64,000 nt of DNA from Thermoanaerobaculia bacterium (GTDB taxonomy: Bacteria; Acidobacteriota; Thermoanaerobaculia; Gp7-AA8). Positions 10,801 to 20,607 of the stretch are shown in pieces; the stretch's first letter is position 1, and every line of letters starts with the position of its first letter. Location of the stretch: the NCBI GenBank assembly GCA_046594105.1, contig JBKJQB010000195.1, forward strand, positions 4,674 through 68,673, in the 5' to 3' direction. Position numbers and translations under genes: made by a program. Below the pieces are notes generated by a model that saw only the letters and a list, made by a program, of their open reading frames with translations, was not told the origin of the DNA and made no database searches.

Positions 10801-13617
10801 ACGACGACGCGCACCTCGTTCTATGCCATCGGTGCGGGATACACGGCCTGGGAGCGTTACGACCACAATCGCATCGATCTCGTTCCGGAAAAGAAAACGT
10901 ACCGTCCCGGCGACACGGCGCGGGTGATGGTCAAGTCGCCGTGGGAACACGCCACGGCGCTGCTGACCACCGAGCGCGAAGGGGTGCGCACCTGGAAGAC
11001 CTTTGCGCTGACCTCGACCCAGACGACCGTCTCCGTTCCCATCACAGAAAAGGACATCCCGAACGTGTATGTCTCAATTCTGCTGCTCAAAGGACGGACG
11101 AAGGAAGGGATCGACGACCAGTCGGACCCTGGGAAGCCTGCGTTCCGTCTGGGCTATGTGGAGCTCGACGTCGAGGACGCCTCGAAACGATTGAAGGTGG
11201 CGGTTCAGGCGAATCGTGAGGAATACCGCCCGGCCACCAAGGCGCGCATCGATCTCGACGTTCATGACGCTGCCAATCAGCCGGTGCGATCCGAGGTGAC
11301 GTTGTGGGCCGTCGACTACGGCGTGCTGTCGCTCACCGGCTACAAGACGCCCGACATCCTGCGGGAGATCTATCTGCGCAAAGCGTTGCAGGTGGTCAAC
11401 GACGACTCGCGCCAGAAGATCGTCAGCCGGCGCGTGCTCACGCCAAAGGGTCCAGCAGAAGGCGGCGGTGGTGGCAACGACGCCGGTCCCGGCGTGATCC
11501 GGAAAGACTTTCGCGTTCTGGCGTTCTGGGTCGGCTCGATGGTTACCGACGGGAAGGGACATGCGCGCACGGAGATCACCCTGCCGGAGTCGTTGAGCAC
11601 CTATCGCATCATGGCCGTGGCGGGCGATCGTTCGTCGCGATTCGGCTGGGCTCAGAACGAGATCCGCATCAGCAAACCGGTTCTGCTGTCCGCCGCGTTT
11701 CCTCGCTTCCTTGCCGCGGGCGATCAGGCACTCTTCGGCGCCGTCGTGCATTCGCAGCTCAAGCAGGCAGGCAAGGCCACGGTCACCATCAAATCGCTCG
11801 ATCCGTCCATCGTCGAATTCAGCGGGGAGACTCGTTCGTCAGTCGATGTGGCACCCGGCGGCGCTCCCGAAGTGCGGTTCTCTGCGATGGCCAGGGCACC
11901 GGGCATCGCGCGCATCCGCATGAGCGTCTCTCTCAACGGCGAGACGGATGCGTTCGAAGACACGCTGCCGGTCCGCGTCCTCACGCCGTCCGAAACCGTG
12001 GCTGCATACGGCGAAGCCAATCCCTCCGCCAAAGAGACGCTCTCCATTCCCCCGGATGTCCTTCCCGGCTCCGGCGGGCTGCATGTCGAGCTGGCGTCGA
12101 CCGCCATGGTCGGCCTGAGCGAAGGCGCGCAATATCTGGTCGACTATCCATACGGCTGCGCGGAACAGCGCGCCTCCGGCGCCATGGCCCTCATGCTGGT
12201 CTCCGACCTCGGCCAGGCATTCTCGCTTCCCAACATTGACGCCAAAACCGCCCGCACCACCGCCCAGACCACCATCCGCGAGCTCGAGAAGTTTCAGTGC
12301 GCCGACGGCGGCTTCGCCTACTGGCCGGGTGAGTGCTGGAGCGAATCGCCGTACCTCACCGCCGATGTGCTGCACGTGCTGCAGCGCGCAGGAAAGCTGG
12401 GCTACGCAGTGGACGCCGATGTTCTCAAGCGCGCCTACTCCTATCTCGATGGGGAGCTCAAAACGAAGCGCCCCACGAATGAGGGATGGTGGCCTGCCTA
12501 CACGGCGTGGCAGGCCTTCGCCGCGAAAGTTCTGGCTGAGGGCGGGAAGAACGTCGACAGCCATCTGACGCGGTTGCAGTCATACGCCGACCGCATGCCG
12601 GTGTTCGGTCTGGCTTTCCTTGCAGACGCGCTGGAGATCAAGGGTGAGAAGAGCGCCCGGGTCGACGATCTGTATCGGCGCATCCACAACGCCGTTCTCC
12701 CCGAGGGTGGCAGCGCGCATGTGGAGGAGCTCAGCGATCCGTACCTTCTGTACTTCTGGAACTCGAACGTCCGGACCACCGCGATCGTGCTGGATACGCT
12801 GGTGCGACACGGGCAAGACGAAGCGCTGGTCAAACAGATGGTGCGCTGGCTGATGAACGCGCGCACTCATGGACGCTGGGGCAACACTCAGGAAAACGTC
12901 TGGGCCATGGAGTCGCTGGTCGACTACTACCGCCGCTACGAAAGCACCGAACCGGACTTCACCGCGGCCGTTTCGCTGGGTGGCGCCTCACTGGCCAGCG
13001 ATGCGTTCCGTGGACGGAGCACGTCGGCAAAGAACCACGACGTGCCGATGGCGTCGATGCTCGAGAAAAAACAAACAGAGCAGACGGTCACCTTCGAACG
13101 ACAGGGCAGCGGAACGCTCTTCTACCTGATGAGACTGCGCTATGTGCCGGCCGGAGCGGTTCATGAGCCGCTCGATCGCGGGATCGGCATCGAGCGCCGC
13201 TACTCGGTGAAGGAATTCAAGGCCGGAGAATTGATCAAGGTCACGCTGAAGATCCGGAACACCAAAGAGCGCCGCTTCGTGGCGGTTACCGATCCGATTC
13301 CCGCAGGCACCGAACCGGTGGAGTCGTGGTTCGCCACCACCGCGACCGACCTGGCCGAGCAGCAGCGAAAGACGGAAACGCAGGGTGACGACTGGATGGC
13401 GTGGTGGAAGCGCGGCGGGTTCGATCACGTCGAGCGCCATGACGATCGCGTGCAGCTCTTCGCCACCCGGCTCTCCGAAGGCGTGCACGAATTCACGTAT
13501 CAGGTACGGGCCACCACGGCAGGGACGTTCATTACGGCACCGGCGCACGCCGAGGAGATGTACGAGCCGGAAGTCTTCGGCCGGACGGCCAGCGCCGTGG
13601 TGGAGATCAAGCCGTGA
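7828..13617 (+). CDS. bacterial alpha-2-macroglobulin family protein (thioester-containing)
   Basis: About 1930 aa. Signal peptide MKRALLLPLFLAASVRLFAA. Thioester motif DYPYGCAEQ (CxEQ). A2M-type MG domains, very large size and immediate adjacency to pbpC are typical of the YfhM/ECAM family. Confidence 0.85.
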   Translation: MKRALLLPLFLAASVRLFAADEPHLTILKAGPTGEVASLAEANEVRVVFNEPMVVIGRIPKPLEVPWFHIAPQLKGTFRWSGTTTLIFTPDPKVALPFATRYEVTIDPAAKAISGRTLDRAYTFSFVTPTVQLRRTNWYRKDATADAPIVIALWFNQPVDGATLASHLQLRTLKHEFKTPEIPAMDRLKASDPAGVAAFEAKVARARQAAESDGEPVLSFVASQWDRKRFPAAPELVVLETRPGVPPETNLQVYLDDQLARSDKNVRTGRAQTFTIELEPALFVDHIECLTACNAEASNNIIFRGRRGGIEYAKFKKAIHVADITDPAHEVAVAPAPDHQQPEWAMHMRGYSFDSLGYSLLPAHTYSVRVDSTLEAEDGQTLDHPWMAIVEYGHLTAFTSFGDGHGVWESSGGPLLPFHSRNFRSVQQWLSPIGIEQLLPTILDLEKGAFHKAPGTVPTDRKLNPVADKTQSYGLDLSPVRAGQGTGIVWVAIKAGEPIPRALRYDDDITATIVQVTNLGLSVKDSPQNTLVLVTRLDDAAPVAGARVSIRTVDNKIFWSGLTDERGLAVAPNTDLRMKRGPMPATTGEGEGEDFEGGWQALEKLHFIVTAEKDGDIAYAASDWHQGISPWDFSVNFNLSEAEPLLRGSVFTDRGVYKLGEEVHAKAMLRSDTPTGMQLLPLGTKVEILVHDSHDKEVDKRTVTVNEWSSAEWTMRVPTDGVLGSYRIDASVQGQQLTTGGNFLVAAYRRPDFRVDVTLTSPSTLAGTKLTGAIAGRYLFGGAMSSRPVKWTYARIPFDDVPKAIRDRFPEEQYTFLGEDWEHRKNAETISTKEPKLDAKGDLRLSLGTDRKAGHPWAYRLEGEVTDVSRQKIANRTTFRVDPAPWYIGLRQPPYFTEAAKGFDTAVVTVALDGTMTANVPVTIDLQRIQWNSVRKAEGRGFYNWETQRKEIPAGHWTITSAAQPVPFHAALDAGGQYVLLATATDAEGRSTTTRTSFYAIGAGYTAWERYDHNRIDLVPEKKTYRPGDTARVMVKSPWEHATALLTTEREGVRTWKTFALTSTQTTVSVPITEKDIPNVYVSILLLKGRTKEGIDDQSDPGKPAFRLGYVELDVEDASKRLKVAVQANREEYRPATKARIDLDVHDAANQPVRSEVTLWAVDYGVLSLTGYKTPDILREIYLRKALQVVNDDSRQKIVSRRVLTPKGPAEGGGGGNDAGPGVIRKDFRVLAFWVGSMVTDGKGHARTEITLPESLSTYRIMAVAGDRSSRFGWAQNEIRISKPVLLSAAFPRFLAAGDQALFGAVVHSQLKQAGKATVTIKSLDPSIVEFSGETRSSVDVAPGGAPEVRFSAMARAPGIARIRMSVSLNGETDAFEDTLPVRVLTPSETVAAYGEANPSAKETLSIPPDVLPGSGGLHVELASTAMVGLSEGAQYLVDYPYGCAEQRASGAMALMLVSDLGQAFSLPNIDAKTARTTAQTTIRELEKFQCADGGFAYWPGECWSESPYLTADVLHVLQRAGKLGYAVDADVLKRAYSYLDGELKTKRPTNEGWWPAYTAWQAFAAKVLAEGGKNVDSHLTRLQSYADRMPVFGLAFLADALEIKGEKSARVDDLYRRIHNAVLPEGGSAHVEELSDPYLLYFWNSNVRTTAIVLDTLVRHGQDEALVKQMVRWLMNARTHGRWGNTQENVWAMESLVDYYRRYESTEPDFTAAVSLGGASLASDAFRGRSTSAKNHDVPMASMLEKKQTEQTVTFERQGSGTLFYLMRLRYVPAGAVHEPLDRGIGIERRYSVKEFKAGELIKVTLKIRNTKERRFVAVTDPIPAGTEPVESWFATTATDLAEQQRKTETQGDDWMAWWKRGGFDHVERHDDRVQLFATRLSEGVHEFTYQVRATTAGTFITAPAHAEEMYEPEVFGRTASAVVEIKP

Positions 13618-13747
13618 CTGCGTCCCTGGTGCGACTCAGCGCATGCCGTTGTGGTCGGAAGTGGGGTTCCCGCAAGCGTCTCGAAGAACAAATGCGGCCG
13701 AGGACGGCCGCACCACAACTGGCGATCCTTTCTGCAGCGGGCACTCC

Positions 13748-15847
13748 ATGCCTCTCACCTCCGGGAGCCTGCCCGAGGATCGGGGCATTTCCTTGAATCG
13801 ACGAATGGCCAGTGCGGTCGTCGCCGTCGCGGCGATCGCTGCCGGCGCCTGGATCCGACTGGGGCCAGTCCCGGCCATCACTGGCGATCCGACACCATCG
13901 ATCGTCGATCGGAACGGGGTGGTTCTCTACGCACCGCTCTCGCCCGCGGGAACCCGCAGCGAATGGATCAGGGTCGTCCCTCCGCACATTGCCGCGGCAA
14001 CGATCGCCGCGGAGGATCGCCGCTTCGAACGTCATGTCGGCGTGGACCCGGTGGCCATCGGACGCGCGTTCGTCCACAACGCCATGCATCTGCGGGTGGT
14101 GGAAGGGGGCTCCACGATCTCGCAGCAGGTGGCCAAGCTGATTCTGGCTGCCGGACATCGGCGTCGCATGGAAGAGCCCTCGCCGCGAACCTGGAGTGCG
14201 AAGCTTCAGGAAGCCGTCGTCGCGCTCCGCCTGGAGCATCGCTACGACAAGTCCGCGATCCTCGGCCTCTATCTCAACCTGGCGCCGTACGGCGAGCAGA
14301 CGGTCGGCATCGCCCGCGCCAGCCGCCGGTACTTTGGCTGCGCGGTGGAAGATCTCACCGTGGCCCAGGCGGCGTGGCTGGCGTCGCTGCCGCAGCGGCC
14401 GTCGACGCCTCGCCGGGCCTTGTCGCGACAGCGAACCGTTCTCGCGCGCATGCACGCGCTGGGAAGCATCAGCGACGCGATGTGGCGGAATGCGAAGAGC
14501 GAGCGGCTGGCGTTTGCACGAGAGTCCGTGCCGCTCCTGGCCCCTCATTTTGTGGAGCGGGTGATGGAATCGCGCGCTGCTGCCGGCCACGGACGCATGG
14601 TCACCACACTCGATGCAACACTGCAGCGCCAGGTGCGGGGCATCCTTGCAGCGGAACGCGATTCGTTGCTCCGCCATGGCGCTCACAGCGTGGCCGTCGC
14701 GGTCCTCGACAACCGCAGCGGCGAGTGGCTGGCCTGGGAAGGTTCCGGCGATTACTTCGGAGGCAACGGGTCGGAGAGCGGCCGCTCCTTCGGTGGAGCG
14801 ATCGATGGTGTGATCACGCCGAGGCAGCCTGGTTCTGCGCTCAAGCCGTTCACGTATGCCGTCGCTTTCGAACAGGGGAACACGCCGGCAACGGTGCTCG
14901 CCGACGTCCCTTCGCAATTCGCCACGGCCGAAGCGGGCATCGTCTACACGCCGCGCAACTACGACGGGCAGTATCGCGGACCGCTGCGCGCGCGCATGGC
15001 GCTGGCCGGCTCGGAGAATGTTCCGGCGGTGGCCATGCTCTCCCGCATCGGCGTTCCGGCGCTGCTTCGATTCCTCCGCGCCCTTGGATTCTCCGGACTG
15101 ACTCGCACCGCGGATACCTATGGTCTGGGCCTGACCCTGGGGGATGCCGAGGTCACGCTCCAGGAGCTGGTGACGGCGTACGCGACGCTGGCGCGTGGCG
15201 GCCTGTCGGTCAGCCCGCGGATGATTCCGCAACAGGAGAATCTCCGCGGCGATGGGGCGGAGAGACGGGTGATGTCGGCGAAGACGGCGTTCTGGATCAC
15301 CGACATCCTCAGCGATGCCTCGGCGCGCGAATACGCATTCGGACGGGGAGGGGCGCTCGAGTTTCCCTTCCCGGTGGCGGTGAAGACGGGAACCTCTCAG
15401 GCTTACCGCGACAACTGGACCGTCGGCTATACGCGCGAAGTCACCGTCGGCGTGTGGGTGGGAAACTTCGACCGCCAGGAATTGCGCAACTCCAGCGGGG
15501 TCACCGGTGCCGGCCCGATTTTCCACTCCGTGATGCTGGCGGCGAACCGGACGGTCCATGGCGCAGGGGGCTCGATCGTCGATCGGCCCGTCGAGCTGGA
15601 GTCGCAGCCGGTCTGTTTGCTGTCCGGTCATCGGCCGTCGCTGGAGTGCCCGGCCACCGGTTCGGAATGGCTGCCCATCGATGCGCCGGTGGCGTTCTGT
15701 GAGTGGCATCGACGAGGCAGCGTCTCCTGGCCGGGGGAGTACGCAGAATGGGCGGCGATGCGATCTCCGCGAACACCGCCGGTCATGCAGCCGGCGGCGA
15801 AGTCAGGATTCCGCATCGTGAATCCGCGCGACGGCGCGACTTCCTGA
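13748..15847 (+). CDS. pbpC: penicillin-binding protein 1C (transglycosylase/transpeptidase), body of gene; frame terminates before the C-terminal domain
   Basis: N-terminal TM anchor MASAVVAVAAIAAGAW. GT51 motifs EDRRFERHVGVD and GGSTISQQVAKL. Transpeptidase motifs SALKPF (SxxK), SEN and KTGTS. Stop at 15845-15847 follows FRIVNPRDGATS. Confidence 0.8.
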   Translation: MPLTSGSLPEDRGISLNRRMASAVVAVAAIAAGAWIRLGPVPAITGDPTPSIVDRNGVVLYAPLSPAGTRSEWIRVVPPHIAAATIAAEDRRFERHVGVDPVAIGRAFVHNAMHLRVVEGGSTISQQVAKLILAAGHRRRMEEPSPRTWSAKLQEAVVALRLEHRYDKSAILGLYLNLAPYGEQTVGIARASRRYFGCAVEDLTVAQAAWLASLPQRPSTPRRALSRQRTVLARMHALGSISDAMWRNAKSERLAFARESVPLLAPHFVERVMESRAAAGHGRMVTTLDATLQRQVRGILAAERDSLLRHGAHSVAVAVLDNRSGEWLAWEGSGDYFGGNGSESGRSFGGAIDGVITPRQPGSALKPFTYAVAFEQGNTPATVLADVPSQFATAEAGIVYTPRNYDGQYRGPLRARMALAGSENVPAVAMLSRIGVPALLRFLRALGFSGLTRTADTYGLGLTLGDAEVTLQELVTAYATLARGGLSVSPRMIPQQENLRGDGAERRVMSAKTAFWITDILSDASAREYAFGRGGALEFPFPVAVKTGTSQAYRDNWTVGYTREVTVGVWVGNFDRQELRNSSGVTGAGPIFHSVMLAANRTVHGAGGSIVDRPVELESQPVCLLSGHRPSLECPATGSEWLPIDAPVAFCEWHRRGSVSWPGEYAEWAAMRSPRTPPVMQPAAKSGFRIVNPRDGATS

Positions 15848-16035
15848 TCGACCCGACGCTGCGCTCGAGCTTCCAGGCGCTCCCCTTGCGCGCGGCCGCG
15901 ACCTCTCCAGTCCGCTGGCGCGTCGACGGCCGCCTCCTGGCGTCGGCCGAGTGGCCGCTGCAACCGGGGCGTCACACCATCCAGGCGACCGACGCGACGG
16001 GACGCCGCGATGAAGCGATGGTGACAGTGAAGTAG
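15838..16035 (+). pseudogene. pbpC: out-of-frame PBP1C C-terminal (BiPBP_C-like) domain; apparent 1-nt frameshift relative to the pbpC body
   Basis: Reading frame shifted by one base relative to the pbpC body encodes RRDFLIDPTLRSSFQALPLRAAATSPVRWRVDGRLLASAEWPLQPGRHTIQATDATGRRDEAMVTVK, matching the PBP1C C-terminal domain pattern (dp..p...l.l.a.....v.W.vdG........w.p.pG.H......G....v.f.V). The junction GGCGCG-ACTTCC needs one extra G to restore the frame. Confidence 0.6.
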
Positions 16036-16228
16036 GGCGAGCTGACAGGTGTGGAGCGGCCGTCCTCGGCCGCGCTTCCTGGAAGCAGGGTTTCGAGATT
16101 TTGAAGGCCCCTCGAAGAAACGCGGCCGTCAGTTCGCGCGCGAGGGGGCTGGCCACACCGTTTGTTCGCACGATTCCCGCATACTGAGAGCGTTCTGTTG
16201 GCGATCTCTTGAGGGCACAGGGAGCATC

Positions 16229-16999
<771 letters not shown>

Positions 17000-17027
17000 G
17001 CCTGAGGTCGGTCCCGTTTCCGACCGC

Positions 17028-17882
17028 GTGACGAAAACCTCCCTCATTAGAAGGATCGCGCTACTGGCCCTGACCGCGTCGTTGACCGCGGGCTCGACGT
17101 TCGCCGGCTCCTGGGTGACCGGTGTCGAAGCTGCCCAGAAGAAGGCGAAACAGAAGCATCAGCTCATCTTTGTCGACCTCTTCGCGGAGTGGTGCGGCTG
17201 GTGCCACCGCTTCGAACAGGACGTGGTCCCGTCCGAGGCATTCCAGAAAGCCACCGACGACATGGTCCTGCTCCGGCTGAACACGGAGGATGGGAAAGAC
17301 GGGACGAAACTGGCGCGCGACTTCGGGATCTCCACTCTGCCGACGTTCGTTCTGATGACGGACGACGGCATGATTGCAGGAACGATCCGCGGTTATGCGC
17401 CGCCCACCCAGTTCGCGCAGTCGCTGAAAGAGGTGGAAAGCAAGTACCGGCTCTTCCAGAAGCGCGTGGACGGGGAGAGCGCCCTGGCCAAGGACTATCC
17501 GAAGCGCCTCGAGCTGGCCAAGGAATTCCGGTCGCGTTACGGACTGGCGCAGAGCGAAACGCGCCTGCGGAGCCTGCTGACGGAGACCGCCGTGCCTGTT
17601 GTGGTCCGCGATGAGGCCTACTACGAGCTGGCGCTCACGCAGGTGTTCCTGAAAAAGTACGACGATGCTGGAAAGACGCTCAAGAAGTTTGCGACGCTGC
17701 AGACGAAGGGCGAGATGTACGAGCGCTCCCGCCTGCTGGCCGGCGATATCTACGTCCAGCAGGGCAACTACATGGGCGCGGTGACTGAGTTCCGCAACTT
17801 CAAGTCGACGTTCCCGAAATCGCAGTTCATTGGCAACGTCGAGATCATCCTTCCTCAGCTCGAACGCCAGCTCCGCAAGTGA
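17028..17882 (+). CDS. secreted thioredoxin-fold protein (Thioredoxin_7-like) with helical C-terminal extension
   Basis: GTG start gives signal peptide (M)TKTSLIRRIALLALTASLTAGSTFA. LIFVDLFAEWCGWCHRFE contains a CxxC active site. Its stop overlaps the dsbD start. Confidence 0.65.
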   Translation: MTKTSLIRRIALLALTASLTAGSTFAGSWVTGVEAAQKKAKQKHQLIFVDLFAEWCGWCHRFEQDVVPSEAFQKATDDMVLLRLNTEDGKDGTKLARDFGISTLPTFVLMTDDGMIAGTIRGYAPPTQFAQSLKEVESKYRLFQKRVDGESALAKDYPKRLELAKEFRSRYGLAQSETRLRSLLTETAVPVVVRDEAYYELALTQVFLKKYDDAGKTLKKFATLQTKGEMYERSRLLAGDIYVQQGNYMGAVTEFRNFKSTFPKSQFIGNVEIILPQLERQLRK

Positions 17883-19657
17883 CGGCAGCGCGCATCGTCG
17901 TCGCCCTGATGGTCGTGGCCCTCGCCGTTCCGGGGGGCGCACAGCTCACCAGCCAGATGGGCGCAGACCCAGGAGCTACGGGCGGTTCGATCGCCCCGAG
18001 AGATCTGGTTCTGCTGTCCGGCAGCTTGCAGCAGCGTTCCGGCGATGACGTCCACGGGACCATCCGCGCCACTATCGCTCCAGGGTGGCACATCAACTCG
18101 GCGAAACCTCTCGACACCTTCGTCATCCCCACGAAGCTCTCCTTGGATCCGGCGAGCGCGCAACTGGTCAGCGCCGAATATCCGCAGCATGTCGTCCGGA
18201 CGTTCACCTTCAGCGGCGACGGCAAGCTGGCTGTTTACGAAGGGACGATCTCCATTCCGTTTGTGGCGAAGCTAACGGCCGGAGCCTCCACTCTGCGGGC
18301 CTCGCTGCACTACCAGGCGTGCAACGACAGCGTCTGTCTTCCGCCGAAAGATGTCGCAGCGGACATTGCGCTGACGATCGTCGCGGCGGGAACCACCGCA
18401 GCTCCGCCGGTGGCCACATCACCATCCGCCGGTTTCACGCCGCTGACTTCCGCGCCGAAGAATGCTCCACCCGCTGCGCCAACCGATCGGCTGGCGGCGA
18501 CGTTCGCCTCGCATGGACTTCCGCTCACGCTGGCCATCCTCTTCGTTCTGGGGATGGCGCTGAACCTGACGCCCTGCGTGTTCCCGATGATCCCCATCAC
18601 GGTTGGTTTCTTCGCCATGCAGAGCGACGGCCGCCGCTCGCGACGTTTCGCTCTGTCCGCGGCGTACGTCGCCGGCCTGGTCATCACCTACTCGATTCTC
18701 GGCGTGCTCGCGGCGTTGAGCGGGAAGCTTTTCGGCGCCTGGCTGCAGAACCCTGCGGTCCTCATCGGTTTGGCGGTGCTGATGCTGGTGCTGGCCTCCT
18801 CGATGTTCGGGGCCTGGGAGATGACCGTCCCCAAGTTCATCGCCAACCGTTCGATGGGCAGGGCAGGGCTGGTCGGAGCCTTGACCATGGGGCTGTTCGT
18901 GGGAGTGGTCGCCGCTCCCTGCGTGGGTCCGGTGGTCGTATCGCTGTTCACGCTGGTCGCCGCCATCGGCAAAGCCAGCATCGGGCTGGTGATGTTCGCG
19001 TCGCTGGCACTGGGCCTCGGATTTCCCTATCTCATCGCCCTCAACGCGCTGCCCAAACCGGGCGAGTGGATGGTTCAGGTCAAGAAGGCGATGGGCTTCG
19101 TGCTGATCGCCATGGCCTTCTACTTTCTGCGATCGCTCATCGGCGAAGAAGTGTTTCGCTGGGGCATCGCCGGCAGCCTTCTGATCGGCGCGGCCTATCT
19201 GTTCCTCAGCCGCGGAGATCGTGGACGAACGATGCGCCTGGTATGCGCGTCACTGCTGCTCGTTGCCGGAGTGGCCTTCGCCCTGCCGACGAAGAAGAGC
19301 GGGGTGGAGATCGAATGGAAAAAATACGACGCCGCTTCGATCACCTCCGCCAGCGCGGCGCATCAGCCGGTGCTGGTCGACTTCTTCGCCACCTGGTGCA
19401 TCCCCTGTAAAGAACTCGACGAAAAAACGTTCAGCGATCCTCGCGTCGCCGCGGAGATGGGACGCTTCCGCCGCATCAAGGCTGACCTCACCAACGATCA
19501 GGATCCCGCGGTGCAGCAGCTCACCAAGCAATACGGCATCGTGGGGGTGCCCACCGTGGTGCTCATCGGCGCGGATGGCCACGAGAATCAGCCGCTGCGG
19601 CTGACCGGATTCGAGAACGCCGACGCGTTCCTGGCCAGACTGAAGAAAGTTCAGTAA
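17879..19657 (+). CDS. dsbD: thiol:disulfide interchange protein DsbD
   Basis: 592 aa. N-terminal periplasmic DsbD-alpha domain. Central TM domain with LTPCVFPMIP and APCVGPVV cysteines. C-terminal thioredoxin domain FATWCIPCKELDE. Confidence 0.85.
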   Translation: MTAARIVVALMVVALAVPGGAQLTSQMGADPGATGGSIAPRDLVLLSGSLQQRSGDDVHGTIRATIAPGWHINSAKPLDTFVIPTKLSLDPASAQLVSAEYPQHVVRTFTFSGDGKLAVYEGTISIPFVAKLTAGASTLRASLHYQACNDSVCLPPKDVAADIALTIVAAGTTAAPPVATSPSAGFTPLTSAPKNAPPAAPTDRLAATFASHGLPLTLAILFVLGMALNLTPCVFPMIPITVGFFAMQSDGRRSRRFALSAAYVAGLVITYSILGVLAALSGKLFGAWLQNPAVLIGLAVLMLVLASSMFGAWEMTVPKFIANRSMGRAGLVGALTMGLFVGVVAAPCVGPVVVSLFTLVAAIGKASIGLVMFASLALGLGFPYLIALNALPKPGEWMVQVKKAMGFVLIAMAFYFLRSLIGEEVFRWGIAGSLLIGAAYLFLSRGDRGRTMRLVCASLLLVAGVAFALPTKKSGVEIEWKKYDAASITSASAAHQPVLVDFFATWCIPCKELDEKTFSDPRVAAEMGRFRRIKADLTNDQDPAVQQLTKQYGIVGVPTVVLIGADGHENQPLRLTGFENADAFLARLKKVQ

Positions 19658-19789
19658 GGGGCAGGCGGGCTGTCGTTCGTAGCGCCGGCATCCTTGCCGC
19701 CGGGGCGTGGGCTTCCAGCCGGCGCGAATCGGTGCGAAGCCGGTCCCTTGTTCTGTGCCACTTGCTTGCGAACTTACGTGTGGCCAGCT

Positions 19790-19859
19790 CCTGCCGGCAG
19801 GATGCCGGCGGACCGGCCGGCAGGGATGCCGGCGCTCCGAGAGGCGGCGCTCCGAGAGG
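19790..19859. repeat. repeat family B (CCGGCAGGATGCCGGCGGACCGGCCGGCAGGGATGCCGGCGCTCCGAGAGG) with tandem duplication of the CGGCGCTCCGAGAGG tail
   Basis: Core is 46/47 identical to 41998-42044. Internal half-repeats GCCGGCAG(G)GATGCCGGCG. Confidence 0.8.
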
Positions 19860-19917
19860 CAGAGAGCATCGTGGGGCGCTGACTTTGTGCCGAAGCGGTC
19901 GGCTACACTTCTCCATC

Positions 19918-20517
19918 ATGGCAACCGTTGATCTTGCGACCGTCGATCGCATCCGCGCCCGCATCGCGGGCTCGCAGCTCGTCGCGGCGGAACGGTTTCG
20001 CGACGCCTTTTCGAAAGGGCTGCTTCCTCCCGTCGCCCACCTCCGCATTCAGGCAGAGGCGCTGCTCGAAGCGGCGCAGGGCGTGAAGCTTCGTGGACGG
20101 CTGGCCTATGACGTGATCGGCGATCTGGTCACTCCGTACGTCGAGCGCGGCACGCCGATCTATCCGTCGTTCGTGGTCACCCGAACGCCGGAGGCCATTC
20201 TCGAGTACTGGCTGGTGATCTCGGAACTGGAGGGGTCGTCTGCGTGGCGCATGACCCGCCTCATCGCCAGCGGCGGCGACTACGATGCCGCCCTAAAGCG
20301 GATGGAGTCGCCGCAGATCGTGCGCGCGCTGGTGCCCACGTACCTTCCGTCGGTCGAGGTGCGGGAGGACGGCACGGCGATGCTGCAAGTGACGGTATAC
20401 GCGCGCGCCGGAGAGGAGCGCATCGAGCGCCGGGAGCTTCTATTGAGCGCCGACAACGAGTTCCTGTTTCACTCGCGGCAGCTGCTGGCCGAGGGGCGGG
20501 GCGGAATCAGGGTTTGA
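19918..20517 (+). CDS. hypothetical protein
   Basis: 199 aa from MATVDLATVDRIRARI. No recognisable motifs. Gene is bracketed by copies of repeat family B. Confidence 0.4.
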   Translation: MATVDLATVDRIRARIAGSQLVAAERFRDAFSKGLLPPVAHLRIQAEALLEAAQGVKLRGRLAYDVIGDLVTPYVERGTPIYPSFVVTRTPEAILEYWLVISELEGSSAWRMTRLIASGGDYDAALKRMESPQIVRALVPTYLPSVEVREDGTAMLQVTVYARAGEERIERRELLLSADNEFLFHSRQLLAEGRGGIRV

Positions 20518-20566
20518 ATCGGTGCTTAACCCGCATTTCTCACACCCGTCCGTCGCGAGGGCGCGC

Positions 20567-20607
20567 GGGTCAGCAGGGATGCCCGCGCTACGAAAGGCGC
20601 TGCCGCC
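20567..20607. repeat. repeat family B, partial copy
   Basis: CAGCAGGGATGCCCGCGCTACGAAAGGCGCTGCC matches the 3' half of family B in the same orientation as the 19790 copy. Confidence 0.55.

Noticed and set aside
13607-15709. 700-aa minus ORF and 683-aa plus ORF (13651..15702) overlapping pbpC
   Set aside because: Alternative frames of the pbpC region. Arg-rich junk translations. The true frame carries GT51 and transpeptidase motifs.
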